A stretch of DNA of 63,512 bases, the filler included, from Reclinomonas americana ATCC 50394 (lineage: Eukaryota), in assembly GCA_048213135.1 (NCBI GenBank). It is 16 parts of 16 records of this genome, joined end to end, with 100 filler letters (N's around TTAATTAATTAA, not from the genome) between each part and the next. Parts side by side here need not be neighbours in the genome. Positions count along the whole stretch, not along the records: positions 51,039 to 56,250 come from AFZH01023396.1; positions 56,351 to 59,527 come from AFZH01023400.1; positions 59,628 to 62,368 come from AFZH01023401.1; positions 62,469 to 63,512 come from AFZH01023407.1; 12 more parts are not named here. One strand, given 5' to 3'. Each line of letters starts with the position of its first letter. The first letter of the stretch is position 1. The notes beneath the pieces are model-generated. The model searched no databases. It saw only the letters and a program-made list of their open reading frames with translations, and was not told the origin of the DNA. The position numbers and the translations under genes are program-made. Positions 51,160-63,512 of the stretch are shown piece after piece.

Positions 51160-53209
51160 TCCATGAAGCGGCCGCCGGGCACCACCATTCGCCCGCACCG
51201 ACCGCACGATGCACACATGGTGCCTCTCGGACCCGACACTCCCGGCCCTCAGTACGATCCCGACGTGTCTGTTGCGTGACATGCACTGAACTCAGTGAGC
51301 GCACTGCACGACTGGCATGCTCATCATTCATTTCACTGACACACAGCCGACGCGCTCTCGCTCGCCGACGACCAAGTTCGGCTCATCCATGCGGCACAGC
51401 AGCGATGCCAAGAGCACTCGCCGACTCACGCCTGGACCGGTGTATGACACGCAGAATCGAATGCAGCCACACAAGGCGTCATGTTTCGTCGTGTTGCTGT
51501 CGTTGTTGTCGTTGTCGTCATCGTCCGCTCATTCACCACACGCTGCTGAATGCACAGCACCATCGTTCGGTTTCGGTCGCTCCACGCGTTTCAGTTGCGC
51601 TTCCGTTGCAACTGCTGGTGTTGTTTGGTGCTCCGCTGCTCACCTTGCTCCTGCAGGCGACGGGCAGCATCGCTCGATTTCTCCGGGACCCAAGTACGCA
51701 ATCGATCGAGTGCCCACGGATCCGACGCCGCAAGCCAAGAGCTTTGGCAAGGCCACGCGGTCGCCGAGCCCCACCGAGACCAATGTGTACACACCCGGTC
51801 CGGGGGCGTACACCGACGAGGGGCATTACACCACGATTTCTCGCGTTCGCAAGTCGCCGACGTGGAAATTCGGCACTGGTGGACGCTCGCGCCTCGTCGC
51901 CGGTGGCGAGTCACCCGGTCCGGCCTACGACACGAGTGCAGCGGAGCATGTGAGTGTCTGGTTGTCGATTTGTGGCGAATCGCGCGCACGCACATTCTCA
52001 TGCTTGATACATAATCGCGCGCAGCTCAAGTACAAGTCGGCGCCTGCGACTGCCTTCCCCAAGTCCAAGTCGGTTGCCGAGGCTGACTTGGCCAAGGGTG
52101 CCGATGTGCCAGGCCCCAAGTATCAGCCGACGTACGATCTTACCCTGCCCAAGTCGCCAGGCGTGAAAATCGGCACCGCACCGCAAAAGAGCGAGTTGCG
52201 TACCGCCATCTGCTCATCCGGTGCTGTGTTGCCGAGGCTGACTCCTCCGACGCAGACCGCCACGCAATGGCACGGCGGATCATCCCGGATTCGTGTACGA
52301 TGTTGACAAGCCACTGGAAGTTGTCAAGAAGCAACAGCCGGCGTACTCGTTTGGCAAGTCTGCAGTTTCGTGCACTCCCTGAGATGCCATTGTACATGCG
52401 TGTTTCTCACTCGGCTTGTGTCACAGCACTCTAAGGCCAAGACAACCACAGTGACCACACCGGGGCCGAAATACGCACCCGAAGCCGACAGTTGCGTGTG
52501 GCGCACACAGGGAGAGAGAGAGAGAGAGAGTGAGTCTGTGGTCTCACGAGGGGTTCTTCTCGTGCAGATGTTGTCAAGCCGTCGGCTCCACGATTCTCGT
52601 TTGGACGAGAGTCGCAGAGAATGTCGGAGGTGACACCTGATTCACCCGGACCCGTGTACAGTCCCGACACCAGGTTCGTACCAGAAAACGCGCCACCTCC
52701 CGACTCTGTGCCACTTTGCTCAGCGTGCTTCTCCTTTGTTGTTGTCGCTGCAGTCCCACCAAATCACGCCTGCCAGCGTATCGCTTCGGTACCGCCGAAA
52801 GGCAACCGGACCCGCGAGTGCGTCGTGCCGCCGAGGTGCCTGGGCCCAAGTACGACGTGGTCGACGAATCGGTGAAGAAGACGGCGCCGCGGCCGGTGTT
52901 TGGTCACTCGGACCGTGGCAAGTTGGTCACCTCAACTGCACCAGGACCCATCTACGATCCCGACATGTCGGCGGTGCGACCCAAGGCACCTACCCCCGCA
53001 GTTGGCAGGGTTTGTCTTGGTTATTTCCCCCTCCCTCACTGCGTGTCATGTGTCGATACTTACGATCGCGTTGTTGCAATGCGCAGGAGAAGAGGTCCCC
53101 CGACTTGAACAAGGACAAGGCCACGTTCCCCGCACCCGGTGCATACACCCCGAATGCCGCCCTCACAATGCCTCGGTCACCAGCCGCAATGCTGTCCACC
53201 ACTGGATAA
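51160..53209 (+). CDS. ODF3/STPG-family (SHIPPO/PGP-repeat) axonemal protein, multi-exon, 5' end uncertain
   Basis: More than ten PGPxY repeats (TPGPQYD, SPGPKY, TPGPGAY, SPGPAYD, VPGPKY, APGPIYD) interleaved with xPxFxFG segments. Confidence 0.85.
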
Positions 53210-53376
53210 TCCCTCGTGTTTGTGTGTCAATACTCTTCTCTCTTGCTCTCTCACTCTCACTCTCTTCGCCTCCTGTTGTCTCTGCAACTGCGCGACTCCC
53301 TCAATTACAAATCCCTCCTGTCTCCTCTCTCCCTCTCTCTAACCAAGCCAGCACAAACACACGCGACAATGTATGT

Positions 53377-54571
53377 TTATCCGTCCCTGACAATCACCGA
53401 TCTGCTGCTGTCGGGCGCCGCAGTGCCATCACGGGGCGACAGCTCTCGCACAGGCGGCTTGTACGTCAGCGCCGTCAGCAGACTCGGCGGCTGCCGCACG
53501 TTGCGCTCCTCGGTCAGTGGCGAAACGCTGCGGAACTTGCGATACTGGTGCACAATGCCGAGCTCCTCCACCAGCGAGCCTTGCGCCTTTTGACATGCGG
53601 CCTGCATCCACAAGTGAGCTGCACGAGGGAGACAGCAGCAAACACACACTCTTCCGCAAACCTCCATGCGGGCCAACTTGGGGGGCGGCAAATGGCGGTA
53701 CCGGCTGTAGATGTAGCTCTTGGGCAGTGCCGGTCGCTCGTCTTGCGGAAGCGCCTCGGTCACCAGAAGCGACGGCGGTGAATTCGACCCTCGCGACTGT
53801 GTAGGAAAGGAAATGAGATGCCGTCACGGAGTGGCGTCAGTGCCAGTGGTGCACACCTTTTCCGGTGAGCTCGATGCCGCCCGTTTGCTCCAAGGGAGTA
53901 GGTCGGTCTGGTAGTCGCTCTTGTACGCCGCCGGTGGCTGCGTGGGAATCTCAAAAGCCATGCGCTCGGCGCGTCCGAACGGCGGTGTCACTCCGTGCTG
54001 CCGACCACAAAATTGTCAGAAGCGTGTTGTCTGTGGTGCTGCTGAATGCACCAATGTATGCGAGAGAGCATACCTTGAGCTGATCCTCAGCCAGCTCGGT
54101 ACGAGAGCGAGCCAAAACACCACCAACTGGCGGACTGGCGCTGCGCTGGCGCGCCTGACTTGAAACCCACCAATCGGTGGCTGGGCAGGTGCCGACCATG
54201 GCCAGCGCCGACACCTTGACCTGCTTCCTCGAGTGACTGTTGCGGCTGGCAATGGGACGTGCTGGCGGCTTGTCACCATCCTGATCGCCGCCACCCTCTT
54301 CACCAGTCCCCTGTGTCTGCGTCTTCCCCGGCATGGTGGATGCGCTTGGCTTACGCACCAATCGCCGACGCCCACCACTGCCAAAGCGAAAGGCCGCCAG
54401 ACTACCACGCAGCACACTCGGGCCTGTCACGTAACCACCCGGGTCGTTGAGATCGTCGCCGTCTTCCTCCACATCAATCACCGCCGGCGGTCGGTTGCTC
54501 TCTTCTGCTACCGCTGCCGCCGCTGCGGCCTTGGCCGCCGCACTTTTCCCACGCGTGTGTCGGGACGACAT
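53377..54571 (-). CDS. Hypothetical protein, about 4 exons
   Basis: MSSRHTRGKSAAAK... exon, GT-AG-bounded ORF pieces ending ...RSVIVRDG*; no family recognised. Confidence 0.5.
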
Positions 54572-55229
54572 TGAAACGCACAAAAACGGACTGTCTACGC
54601 GGTGCTCCCATTGTCCTCGCGCGCCCGATCGACCGACCATCGACACTTGTGTTGGCGTGCGCGAGGTGGACAGACTCGGTGCGTGTGTGCAAGTGAGAGA
54701 AAGAGAACGTTTGTGTGTGAGCGTGCGCGATTGGACGCGTGCGCGTGTGCGTGTGTGCTGGGTGTGTTTTGTGCCATTGCTTGAGCTTCGACAACACACG
54801 CACTCGTGAACACACACGCTCGATGTGACCGTGTCATCGCGCATGCGCTGTGTCTCTTTCGTCGAGTCTCGCTCCTCTGTCCCTGACAGGCGATCGTCAT
54901 CCTCATTGTCAACTCACACGCTCTGTCACGCACACACAGACGCTCGTCCCTCGCTCCCATCCGCCCACCCTCTCGTGTGGCGCGTGTGTTTTGTTTGTAT
55001 AGAAGTAGTCGTAGGAGGAGCGCGGAAGGGAGAGCGAGAGGTGGTCGGTGATACATGCCGTTGCCTCGATTTGTAAAGTCGTTCGCCCCCACTGGCGAGA
55101 GCGATGGGCTGATCAATGCCGAGCTGCCGGGAACGAGTGCTGTCGAGGGCGAGTTCTTGAGCGCTCTCGCTCACAGTCCCTCGCTGGTGTTGGAGGTGCG
55201 TCGTATGTGTGTGTGTGTGAGGAGAGAAT

Positions 55230-56130
55230 GATATCTGACAATGGCTGCTGTGGCATAAGATTTTGCGCGATGTCGATTCCACGCATGCATTGTTGTGGTA
55301 CCTCTTTGTCCGCCGCTACGAGCGACCGCAGACGTTTGCAGGAGTCGGTGACGGACAGGAGGATTTGTTGCGTGGTCTCATGCACTCGTGAGGCAGCGCG
55401 TGGTGGCTCATCTGGGATTTGTGTGTGCGTGTGGCAGGTGCCAGTGGCTCGTGTCGCAAGAGGAGGCACTCATGAAGCAGGCACTAGAGGAGCAGTTGGA
55501 TGCGTGCCTGTCGACACTGCACTCGGCACTCTCCGAATCCATCTTGCAGCCACAGACCGAGTCGCAGGCTCTCAGCAGTCGTGTGTTGAGGTGTCTGCGT
55601 GACTTTCTGGTCAACAATGTTCGATATCCCGCTGCGCGTGATCACGGCTTTCGGTGAGTCTCTGCACGTCACTTGGTGCGGAAGAGATGACACTCATCGT
55701 GGCGCGACAGGTTCTTTTTCGATTCACTGAGGGCGAATGCGGATGCACTCACTGTGGTCGACGATGCTGTCACGACTCTAATAGAAGTTGCGATGGATGA
55801 CACAAGAAAGCTAGGTGCTCCGATCCCAACATGCTGTGCGTTGATGGCACAGAGTCTGATTGTTCTCGGCGTGACGGACGTGTGGTCGCTGATTCGCAAG
55901 CACTCCACGACCAAGCTGGCCTCTGTGATCGAGCTGCTGGTGGACGGCTCACCGCAACGCATCTTCACAGAGTTTCTGAGGGTGCGTGCGCGCGTGAGGC
56001 GTCGCAGTCCCCGCCATGACTTCTCATGGTTGTTCGTAGATATGCGACGATGAGACGTCCACCTGGCAGGCGACCGAAGGTGCTGTGCTGGGGATTGGCG
56101 TGGTCATTCGCAAGTTTCACTGGGACGTAA
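55230..56130 (+). CDS. Hypothetical helical protein, multi-exon
   Basis: ORF pieces 55438-55652, 55711-55981 and 56070-56130 bounded by cag/gt signals; no family recognised. Confidence 0.5.
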
Positions 56131-56350
56131 CCTCGGAGAGCGAGGAGACGGCGCATTTGGTGGTGCGCTCGGTTGATCACTGCAATCGTCATTTGTTGCC
56201 TTGCTCTCATGCGACACGTACTCGCACAGTTTGGTCGTCACGTGTACACGNNNNNNNNNNNNNNNNNNNNNNNNNNNNNNNNNNNNNNNNNNNNTTAATT
56301 AATTAANNNNNNNNNNNNNNNNNNNNNNNNNNNNNNNNNNNNNNNNNNNN

Positions 56351-59300
56351 TGTTGCCGGGCATGAGCATGGTGGCTACCGGTGCGATTCACTCACGGCTG
56401 CACACTCCGCCGCCGATGTTACAGATGGCTCAGCTCGACGCGGCGGCCGGCTCCGGCACAGTGCAGTTGTTGCGTTCGAATGTTTACGAGGCTGCCATGC
56501 TGCAACTCTCCATCATGACGCCACACAACACGACCTTGTCGTTGGTCAGCAACGACGCGCGAATGCCTGGCCAGACGCTGCATCTGAACGCGTCGGTGGC
56601 GAGTGCATCGCTGCTCTCTGCCACGGTGGATGCGTCGGTTGACTGCCTGGTGCATGAACCGATGATCGTGCTTGTGGACGCGCTGCGTGCTGTTGTTGGT
56701 GCCGACGGCTGGACACAGGAGCTGGCGACACACTTCAACGCCACCCAAGCCGGCACACTGCACGTTCTACACAGCCGCCTCGTCAACGATACGCAGCTGA
56801 ATGCGACGCTGGCGGGGGTCGCCATGTGGCGCGGCGTGACTTCTGTCGTCAGTGAGAGTACGAGTGCTCAGTCGCAACTCAACGTGCAAGTCGCCAGTGC
56901 ATCGGAGTTGCTGGCCGTGGGTGTCTGTGACGTACGTACGGCAGGCTTCTCGGTGCAGTCGGCGGACGTGCAGCAGGTCACCATGGCGCTGCAGCAGAGC
57001 GTTGTCAGCAACATGACGGCCTCGCAGCTGGCACAGTCGTCTGTGTGGTCCACCCGCCGACTCGCGTCAGGGTCGCTGGCCACGCAATTGGTGGAAATCG
57101 ACTCGTGGCGCACTGACCTTGATGCTGCCGGTGTGGACACGCTGGCCTGGGAGTCGCGTTCGAGCAGCAGCGGCACCGATGGCCACAGTGTCGGAGTTGA
57201 TGCGGTATCACTCCACGCCAGAGTATCACAGGCGGCGCACACTCACTGGACGGTTGAACACCCGGCACACTCGGTGCACGCAACCTCGGCCAGTAATGCC
57301 ACTCTGGATCTGTACGACGCGACGACGGTATTGCGCCAAGTTGTTTACGCACAGACGGACTCGTGTGTCTCGTGCAGTGTTGAGCTCGATGCTCAGCGGC
57401 GTGGCCAGTATGCAGTGGCTGAAGCGGCGCGCTTTTCGGGCCTCACGGCACAGCTTACGGACGCACGTCAGTGCAACACGACAGTGTCAGCCCCGACGCT
57501 CCACAGTGCGACGGCAACCATCCAGCAACAGCAACAAGCGACGATCAGTGGCACGCTCGCTGTTGGCGGACCACAAGCTACTGTGCGCTTGTCATCCATG
57601 CCGAATCCAGCGGTCATGTCGCCGTCCTCGACTCCGACGGTCACCCAGACGGCGACCGTGAGCAGCGGCGGCTCCTTTACGTACCAGGACGACGGTACCG
57701 TCTCGTTGCTGACCGCCAGCGCTGATTGGCTTTCATGGACTGGCTCGGCGACGACAGACAATACGGTCAACCCTGCTGGCTACGCCTCACTGGCGTACGT
57801 GGCCAGCAACACGACGGCTGCGACAGCACTTGTCGCCACGTGCAATGCGCGCCTGTCGGCGGCAACTGCACAGGTCACCATTGCTGTCGACGGTCTGATT
57901 GGGTCGCTGGACGGCAGCGCGTCGGCTTCGACCACCGGATTCGCTGGCGCCACCGTGCGCGCCGTCAATGCGACATCGTGGACGGCCAACGCGTCGAGTT
58001 CATCTGCCTCGCTGACGGTGGTGTCGGTCGGTTATGCGGCACTCAACTCTACCGTGCATTCTCCGCTGGCGATCCCGGCGCCGGTCGACTCGCGTGGCGA
58101 CTTTGGCGGCGCACTGTCAACTGGCTTCCGGCTGGTGACCACCGTGGACAGCTCCAGTGGCACGTCCATGAATGTGGCGGCACTGGTACCAACTGCAGGC
58201 CTCAGCGGTACCAGTGTCATCGCTGATGGTGCTGCGTGGGTGTTCTCGTCGACGCTCGTGTCGCAGCAGGGCTCACCCGCCTTGGTGCAACACGCCTTGT
58301 CGGCACGAATCGCTGGCATCGGTGAACCCCGACAACTGAACTTTACGGCCTCCAGTGTGCCGCGCGGCACGACGCTAACCGGCACTTTGGTGGCCACCAC
58401 CACGGGGCCTGCCTCGTGGAATTCCACCTCCACCCGATCGACCATGGCACCACAACCGCTCTCCGTCTCGACGGCGGTGGCTACTGGAGCGTGGACAGAC
58501 GCAACGACGCCAGTGACGACAATTATTGCGCTGGCACCGGCAGTACAGGGCGCCACCACTGGGGGCATCTCGGTGCAGATGCGAGGTTCAAGCAGCACTG
58601 CCGCGTCGGTGGCACTGCAGCTGCTGCGACAACCACCGGTGGAGACAGGCACAAGCACGTCTCCACTGCAGTCGGTTGCGGTTACGGACAGTGGTTTCTC
58701 TGTGTCGCTGGACTCTGCTGCGTGGACGGTGCTGGACTGGGGCAGCGATGCCTTGACGGCAGCCGCCGTTCAGTCGTTTGCGCTAAGCCTGGCTGGCGGT
58801 CGCTCAAACGTCGAGTTTGTGAGCCCTAATGGACCACAGTTGCCCAACGGCAAGTACCGCTCGCTCTCCGTCGACATTAGCCAGTCCGTGCGCACAGACG
58901 TATCATTGTATGTGCCACGCTCCATGGCAGTGCGCGTTCCCACGCAGCAGCCAGTCCTCGATGCCGATAGTCGCCTGATTGAGTGGGCAGTTAGTCGCGG
59001 TACATCAGCATCTGCGTCGTCTTCTGCGACGAGCGACGACTTTTGCATTAGTGCTCTTCTGTGTGAAGACCAGTCGTGGCGTTACGAGAAGAACTATGGC
59101 TCATTCGGCTGTTACAGCACGCCGGTGCGCAGTATGTGTGGTGCGGTGGGCACTGTGGCGCTCTCGGGTGCGGCCGGTGAGCTGCAATGCTACACCCCGA
59201 ACCGTGGCTCCCCGCTGTTGTTGCAGTCGCCGCCTGGTCTGACGCCCGTCCCCGAGCTGCCGTTGGCCACGCGAGCAGCCTCGCTCAACATTGTATGCTA

Positions 59301-60309
59301 CTTGCTCTTTGTGACTGCGGTGGCCGTGCTTGCCTGGGGTGTGTATTGGACCTTCCGGCCTCTAGCCGATGTGACGAAGAGTGCTCTGTCAAGATGGCGG
59401 TTCGGTGGCGACGTGCTGCTTGACGAGTTTTACACGGCGTGGATCCTGTCCGCGCTGGCTGCTCTCATCAACAACTCACTGACGGTCGTATGGGAGCCGC
59501 AAACACGCGCCGTTCTCGATGCCTCGANNNNNNNNNNNNNNNNNNNNNNNNNNNNNNNNNNNNNNNNNNNNTTAATTAATTAANNNNNNNNNNNNNNNNN
59601 NNNNNNNNNNNNNNNNNNNNNNNNNNNGTGGCTCGCGGCCAAGGTGGTGGTGGCTGCGGCGCTTGCCAACCGACAAGTGGTGATCTCCAACACTGCTCTG
59701 CTGGTGGTGGCTGTGGTGCTCATTGTGTTGCAAGCGATCGGCAGCGTTGCGCTGCGATGGCCGGTGCTGCGCAACGCTTTGTGTTCACCGGTGCAAGAAT
59801 TGTGGAGAAACAGACGTTCTACGTGGCCAGTGAGTGCCTACGTACTGGTGCAAGTGTTGAGCGTCGGCGTCGGCGTGCCGTTTGTGGTGGTGGCTGCCTT
59901 TCAGCGTCCGGCAGTGTCGCCTGCCATGCTGACGCTGTGGGTGACGTGGATCTTTGTGTGCCCGCTGAGCTCCATGCTGCTTCTGTGGTGGTGGTTGCGC
60001 AGAACATGCTTTGCGCCTGTAGAGAACCGTATGGCGCGACCAGGTGATTGCGGCCAACAGGTCAACGTCGCGGTCGATGGGAATGTGCAGCAACGCATGC
60101 TGGATGCGCCAGACGTCGACGATGAGGTGCAACATGATCTTCGCTTCGGTGGCGCTGGCGGAGAAGATGAGGGGGATGGAAATTACGGCGACGATGGTGG
60201 TGGAGATGTGGTGCAACGTTATAGAAAGCAGCCTGTGTCGATAGGGACATATGGGGGCGGAAAGTCGGCGGCTGCGGATCAGGAGGATGGCGTGTACGAG
60301 CCAATCTGA
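56351..60309 (+). CDS. Large multi-pass membrane receptor-like protein (>1000-aa S/T/A/V-rich ectodomain, Cys-rich juxtamembrane region, at least 5 visible TM helices, tail ending GVYEPI); 5' partial, gap 59528-59627
   Basis: ORFs 56353-59527 and 59628-60309; C...W...GC...C...C before TM1 LNIVCYLLFVTAVAVLAWGVYW. Confidence 0.7.
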
Positions 60310-60764
60310 TTGAGTTAATGTATAATGATGAAGTGCTATGGAGGAAGGGAGGAAAGGGAGGGGGAGGGGAGGGAGGAAATGGAGAGGGAGGGGGAGAGAG
60401 AAGAGGGAGAGGCAAGAGAGGGAGGAGGGGAAAGAGAAAGGAAGGAGGAAATGGAGAGGGAGGATGGGAAAGGGAGAGGCAAGAGAGGGAGGGTGAGAGT
60501 GGCGCGCGTGGCAAAGAGGCGTGGTAAGCAAGGTACGTCATCGCGACGTTGAAGTAGAGTAACATCGGGCACCCATTGGCACCGGAGACGACATGATTTC
60601 AAAAGACGGCAGCGTCTGCGACTTTACAAGAGACAACCAAGGGTCTCGAAAGAGGGCACACTATTGCCATCTCAGGCACACTTGGCATCCGTGGCCGAAA
60701 CACAACCGAGGCGCTGCCTGTCACGGGGAACGGTGAGTGACCGAGGAGGTAAGGGCGGAGGAAG

Positions 60765-61470
60765 GGCGCGCGGGAAGGAGGGTGGATGGGCACATCAAGG
60801 GGAAAGGGGAAAGTGCGATGCGTAGGGGAAGGAGGGCGGATGGGAACATCAAAGGGGAGATGGTGAAGGAAGGGGAGAGTGCGATGCGTGCGGGAAGGAG
60901 GGTGGGTGATTGCGGATGGGCAAATAAAGGAGAGAGATGGTGAAGGAAGGGGAGAGTGCGATGCCTGCGAGAAGGAGGTGGATGATTGTGGATGGGCACA
61001 TGAAGGAGGGAGACAGTGGGCAAGGGGAGAGTGCGATGCGCGCGGGAAGGAGCTCGAGGGATGGCTGCAGATGGGCACATGAAGGAGGGAGACGGTGTAG
61101 AAAGGGGAAAAGGACACACGAAGGAGGGAGATGGTGAAGGAAGGGGAGAGTGCGATGCGCGTGGGAAGGAGGATGGGTGAAGGGGGGAGATGGTAAAGGA
61201 AGGGGAAAGAGCGATGTGTGCGGGAAAGGAGGTGGATGACTGTGGATGGGCACATGAAGGATGGAGGCGGTGGAGGAAGGGGAGAGTGCGATGCGTGCGG
61301 GAAGGAGGGTGGATGGGCACAGATGGGCACGAGGAAGTGGAAAGCGCGATGTGTGCGAAAAGGAGGGCGGATGACTGCAGATGGGTACATAGAAGAGGGA
61401 GATGGTGAAGGAAGTGGAAAGTACGATGCGTGCCTGTGAGAAGGAGGGAGGATGACTGGGGAAGCCGCAT
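60765..61470. repeat. Purine-rich minisatellite (gatggtgaaggaaggggagagtgcgatgcgtgcgggaaggag...)
   Basis: About ten imperfect copies. Confidence 0.85.
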
Positions 61471-62058
61471 GGGAAAGAGAGGAACATCGCAACGGACAAC
61501 ACAGGGAGTACCATAGATCGCCATACAATCGAGTTCTTCTGTGCAAGAACACAGCGAACGATAGAATTGGAAGGAGAAGGGTACCGCGCACAACGAGAAG
61601 CAGCGCAGAGGCACGAAGGAGATGTGCAAACAGGACATGCCGAAACAGACGTCGATGACGGCACGTTCACGAAAGCAGCTGCAGGTTTCACAAGGAGACA
61701 AGAAAAGGCACAACAGACAACAAGTTATCCTTTACACTACTTCAAGTACGAAACAGACACGCATACAGAGAGAGACACCCTTCATGATGACAATCTCAAC
61801 ATAACAAGCATGGAGACCAATTCTTGATCATCAACATTCTCTCTCTCCCTTCCTCTGTCACCTTCTCTGCTCCAATTTGCACCCTGCATGGTTACCCACG
61901 CTTCATCGCAAGACGCGGATAACAACATACACAGAAAAGCAATGCATCCTTAACAATAGTCTTTTTTCCCTTCTCTTTCTCTCTCTCTCTCTCTCTCGCT
62001 GTTCCCGCCCCGTTCCCTTTCTCCGTCTCCCTCTGCGCCCTACCTCGGACTCACCAAC

Positions 62059-62368
62059 TCAGCACTGGAAAAAGATGACCTCGGCATCCTCGACGATGAA
62101 GCAGCGCAGAACCAGCTCAGGAAGGCATCGCGAATCTCGTTCTTCCTCGTCTACCTGCATCTCCTGCACAGCGCGCATGGCCGAGCGCGCGTCGTCGAGT
62201 TCGAGACGAGCAAGGCCACGCGGCGCGGTCCACACTCTCACGGTCGTGTCGTGGCTACCGGCACTCACAATGTGCAGACCATCGGGAGAGACGGCAACGG
62301 ATGACACCCATCCAGTGTGTCCCTCCAACCGTCTCACTTCCTCCCCACTCGCCAGCGACCACACCCGC
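62059..62368 (-). CDS. WD40-repeat family copy 5 (3' end only), inverted and ~53 kb from the tandem array
   Basis: Last WD repeat plus RGLARLELDDAR...CLPELVLRCFIVEDAEVIFFQC*. Confidence 0.85.
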
Positions 62369-62468
62369 NNNNNNNNNNNNNNNNNNNNNNNNNNNNNNNN
62401 NNNNNNNNNNNNTTAATTAATTAANNNNNNNNNNNNNNNNNNNNNNNNNNNNNNNNNNNNNNNNNNNN

Positions 62469-63260
62469 CGTGTGGGCGGAAGAAATGCTCAATGACGCGG
62501 AGCAGTGGCGAGTCAATGCACGAAGACACGCAACACGTATGGCGAGAGAGGAGGAGGCCAAGGAAAAGGAGAAAGTGAGAGGAAGGGAGGAAGGGAGGAA
62601 GAATTGTGCAATCAAGCAAAGCAATGGCGAGTCAATGCACGTAGACACACACAGCTGTGCTCTCAGCAAGAGAGGAGGACGAGGAGAGGAAGGGAGGCGA
62701 AGAGGGATATGTGTGGGCGGAAGAATTGCGCACGAGAAGAAGTGGCGAGTCAATGCACGAAGACACGCAACACGCACGGCGAGAGAGGAGGAGGAGAGGA
62801 AGGTACGGGAAAGGGAGAGAGCGTGATTCGTGTCGCAAGAATTGTGCAATCAAGCGGAGCAGAGGTGAGTTGATGCACGGAGATACACACAGCCGTGCTC
62901 TCAGCAAGAGGAGGAAGAGGAGAGGAAGAGAGAGAGTGTGTGAGAGAGAGTTGGGAGAGAGGAATGGAGGAAGGGAGAGGAAGAGAGAGAGAGAAAGTGC
63001 AATCACGCGGAGCAATGGCGAGTTGATGCACGGAGATACACATAGCCGTGCTCTCAGCAGGAGAGGAGGAGGGAGAGAGGAAGAGAAAGAATTGAGAGAG
63101 AGGAAGAGAGTGAGAGAGAATTGAGGAAGGGAGACGAAGGGAGACGAAGATGCAATGCGTGTGGGAGGAAGAATTGTGTAATCACGCGGAGTACTGGCGA
63201 GTCAATGCACGCAGATACACACAGCCGTGCTCTCAGCAAGAGAGGAAGAGAGAGCGTGTG
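62469..63260. repeat. Minisatellite, ~120-130 bp units (gcaatggcgagtcaatgcacg..acacacagccgtgctctcagcaagag)
   Basis: About six imperfect copies. Confidence 0.8.
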
Positions 63261-63512
63261 TGAGAGAGAGAGAGAGAGAGCTGAGAGAGAGAGGAAGGGA
63301 GTGGAGACGGGAGATGCAATGCGTGTGGGCGGAGAAAAATAACAGACACACAGCCGTGTTCGTCACGGGAGAGTGAGAGAGAGAGCGAGAGAGAGGAATG
63401 ACTGTGACAGCCAATGCACGCAAATAGAATGCACACACACACACAACTCATTCTGTCTCTCTCTCTCCCACTCACTTTCGTCTCGCCCATCTACACGGAA
63501 ACAACACGCACA

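Noticed and set aside
60599..61713. 330-aa Pro/Ser/His-rich minus-strand ORFs
   Set aside because: Open in all three frames because of a low-complexity minisatellite; no coding signal.

Overview
Eukaryotic (intron-containing, flagellate-type) genomic scaffold with 15 artificial ~100-nt gap spacers (N..TTAATTAATTAA..N). Housekeeping or ciliary genes recognisable from translated exons: HMG-CoA synthase, COG2, DNAAF6/PIH1D3, OFD1 and an ODF3/SHIPPO-repeat protein. Between them sit expanded recognition-type genes: a tandem array of single 7-blade WD40 genes, an NB-ARC-like/TPR (NLR-like) gene, two paralogous membrane-anchored fibre-like proteins (66-bp repeats; BNR propeller head seen in one copy), two paralogous small secreted proteins and an adhesion-GPCR-like receptor. 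The main discovery is at 23.6-29.3 kb on the minus strand, which looks like junk in the ORF track. It is an array of about 55 regularly spaced AG|NNN|GT units, i.e. putative 3-nt, single-codon microexons about every 75-150 nt, many with CTGAC-type branch points. It lies downstream of and in phase 0 with a RING-finger/coiled-coil exon, suggesting an E3 ligase whose C-terminal domain is assembled one codon per exon. All exon models are read by eye and lack transcript evidence.
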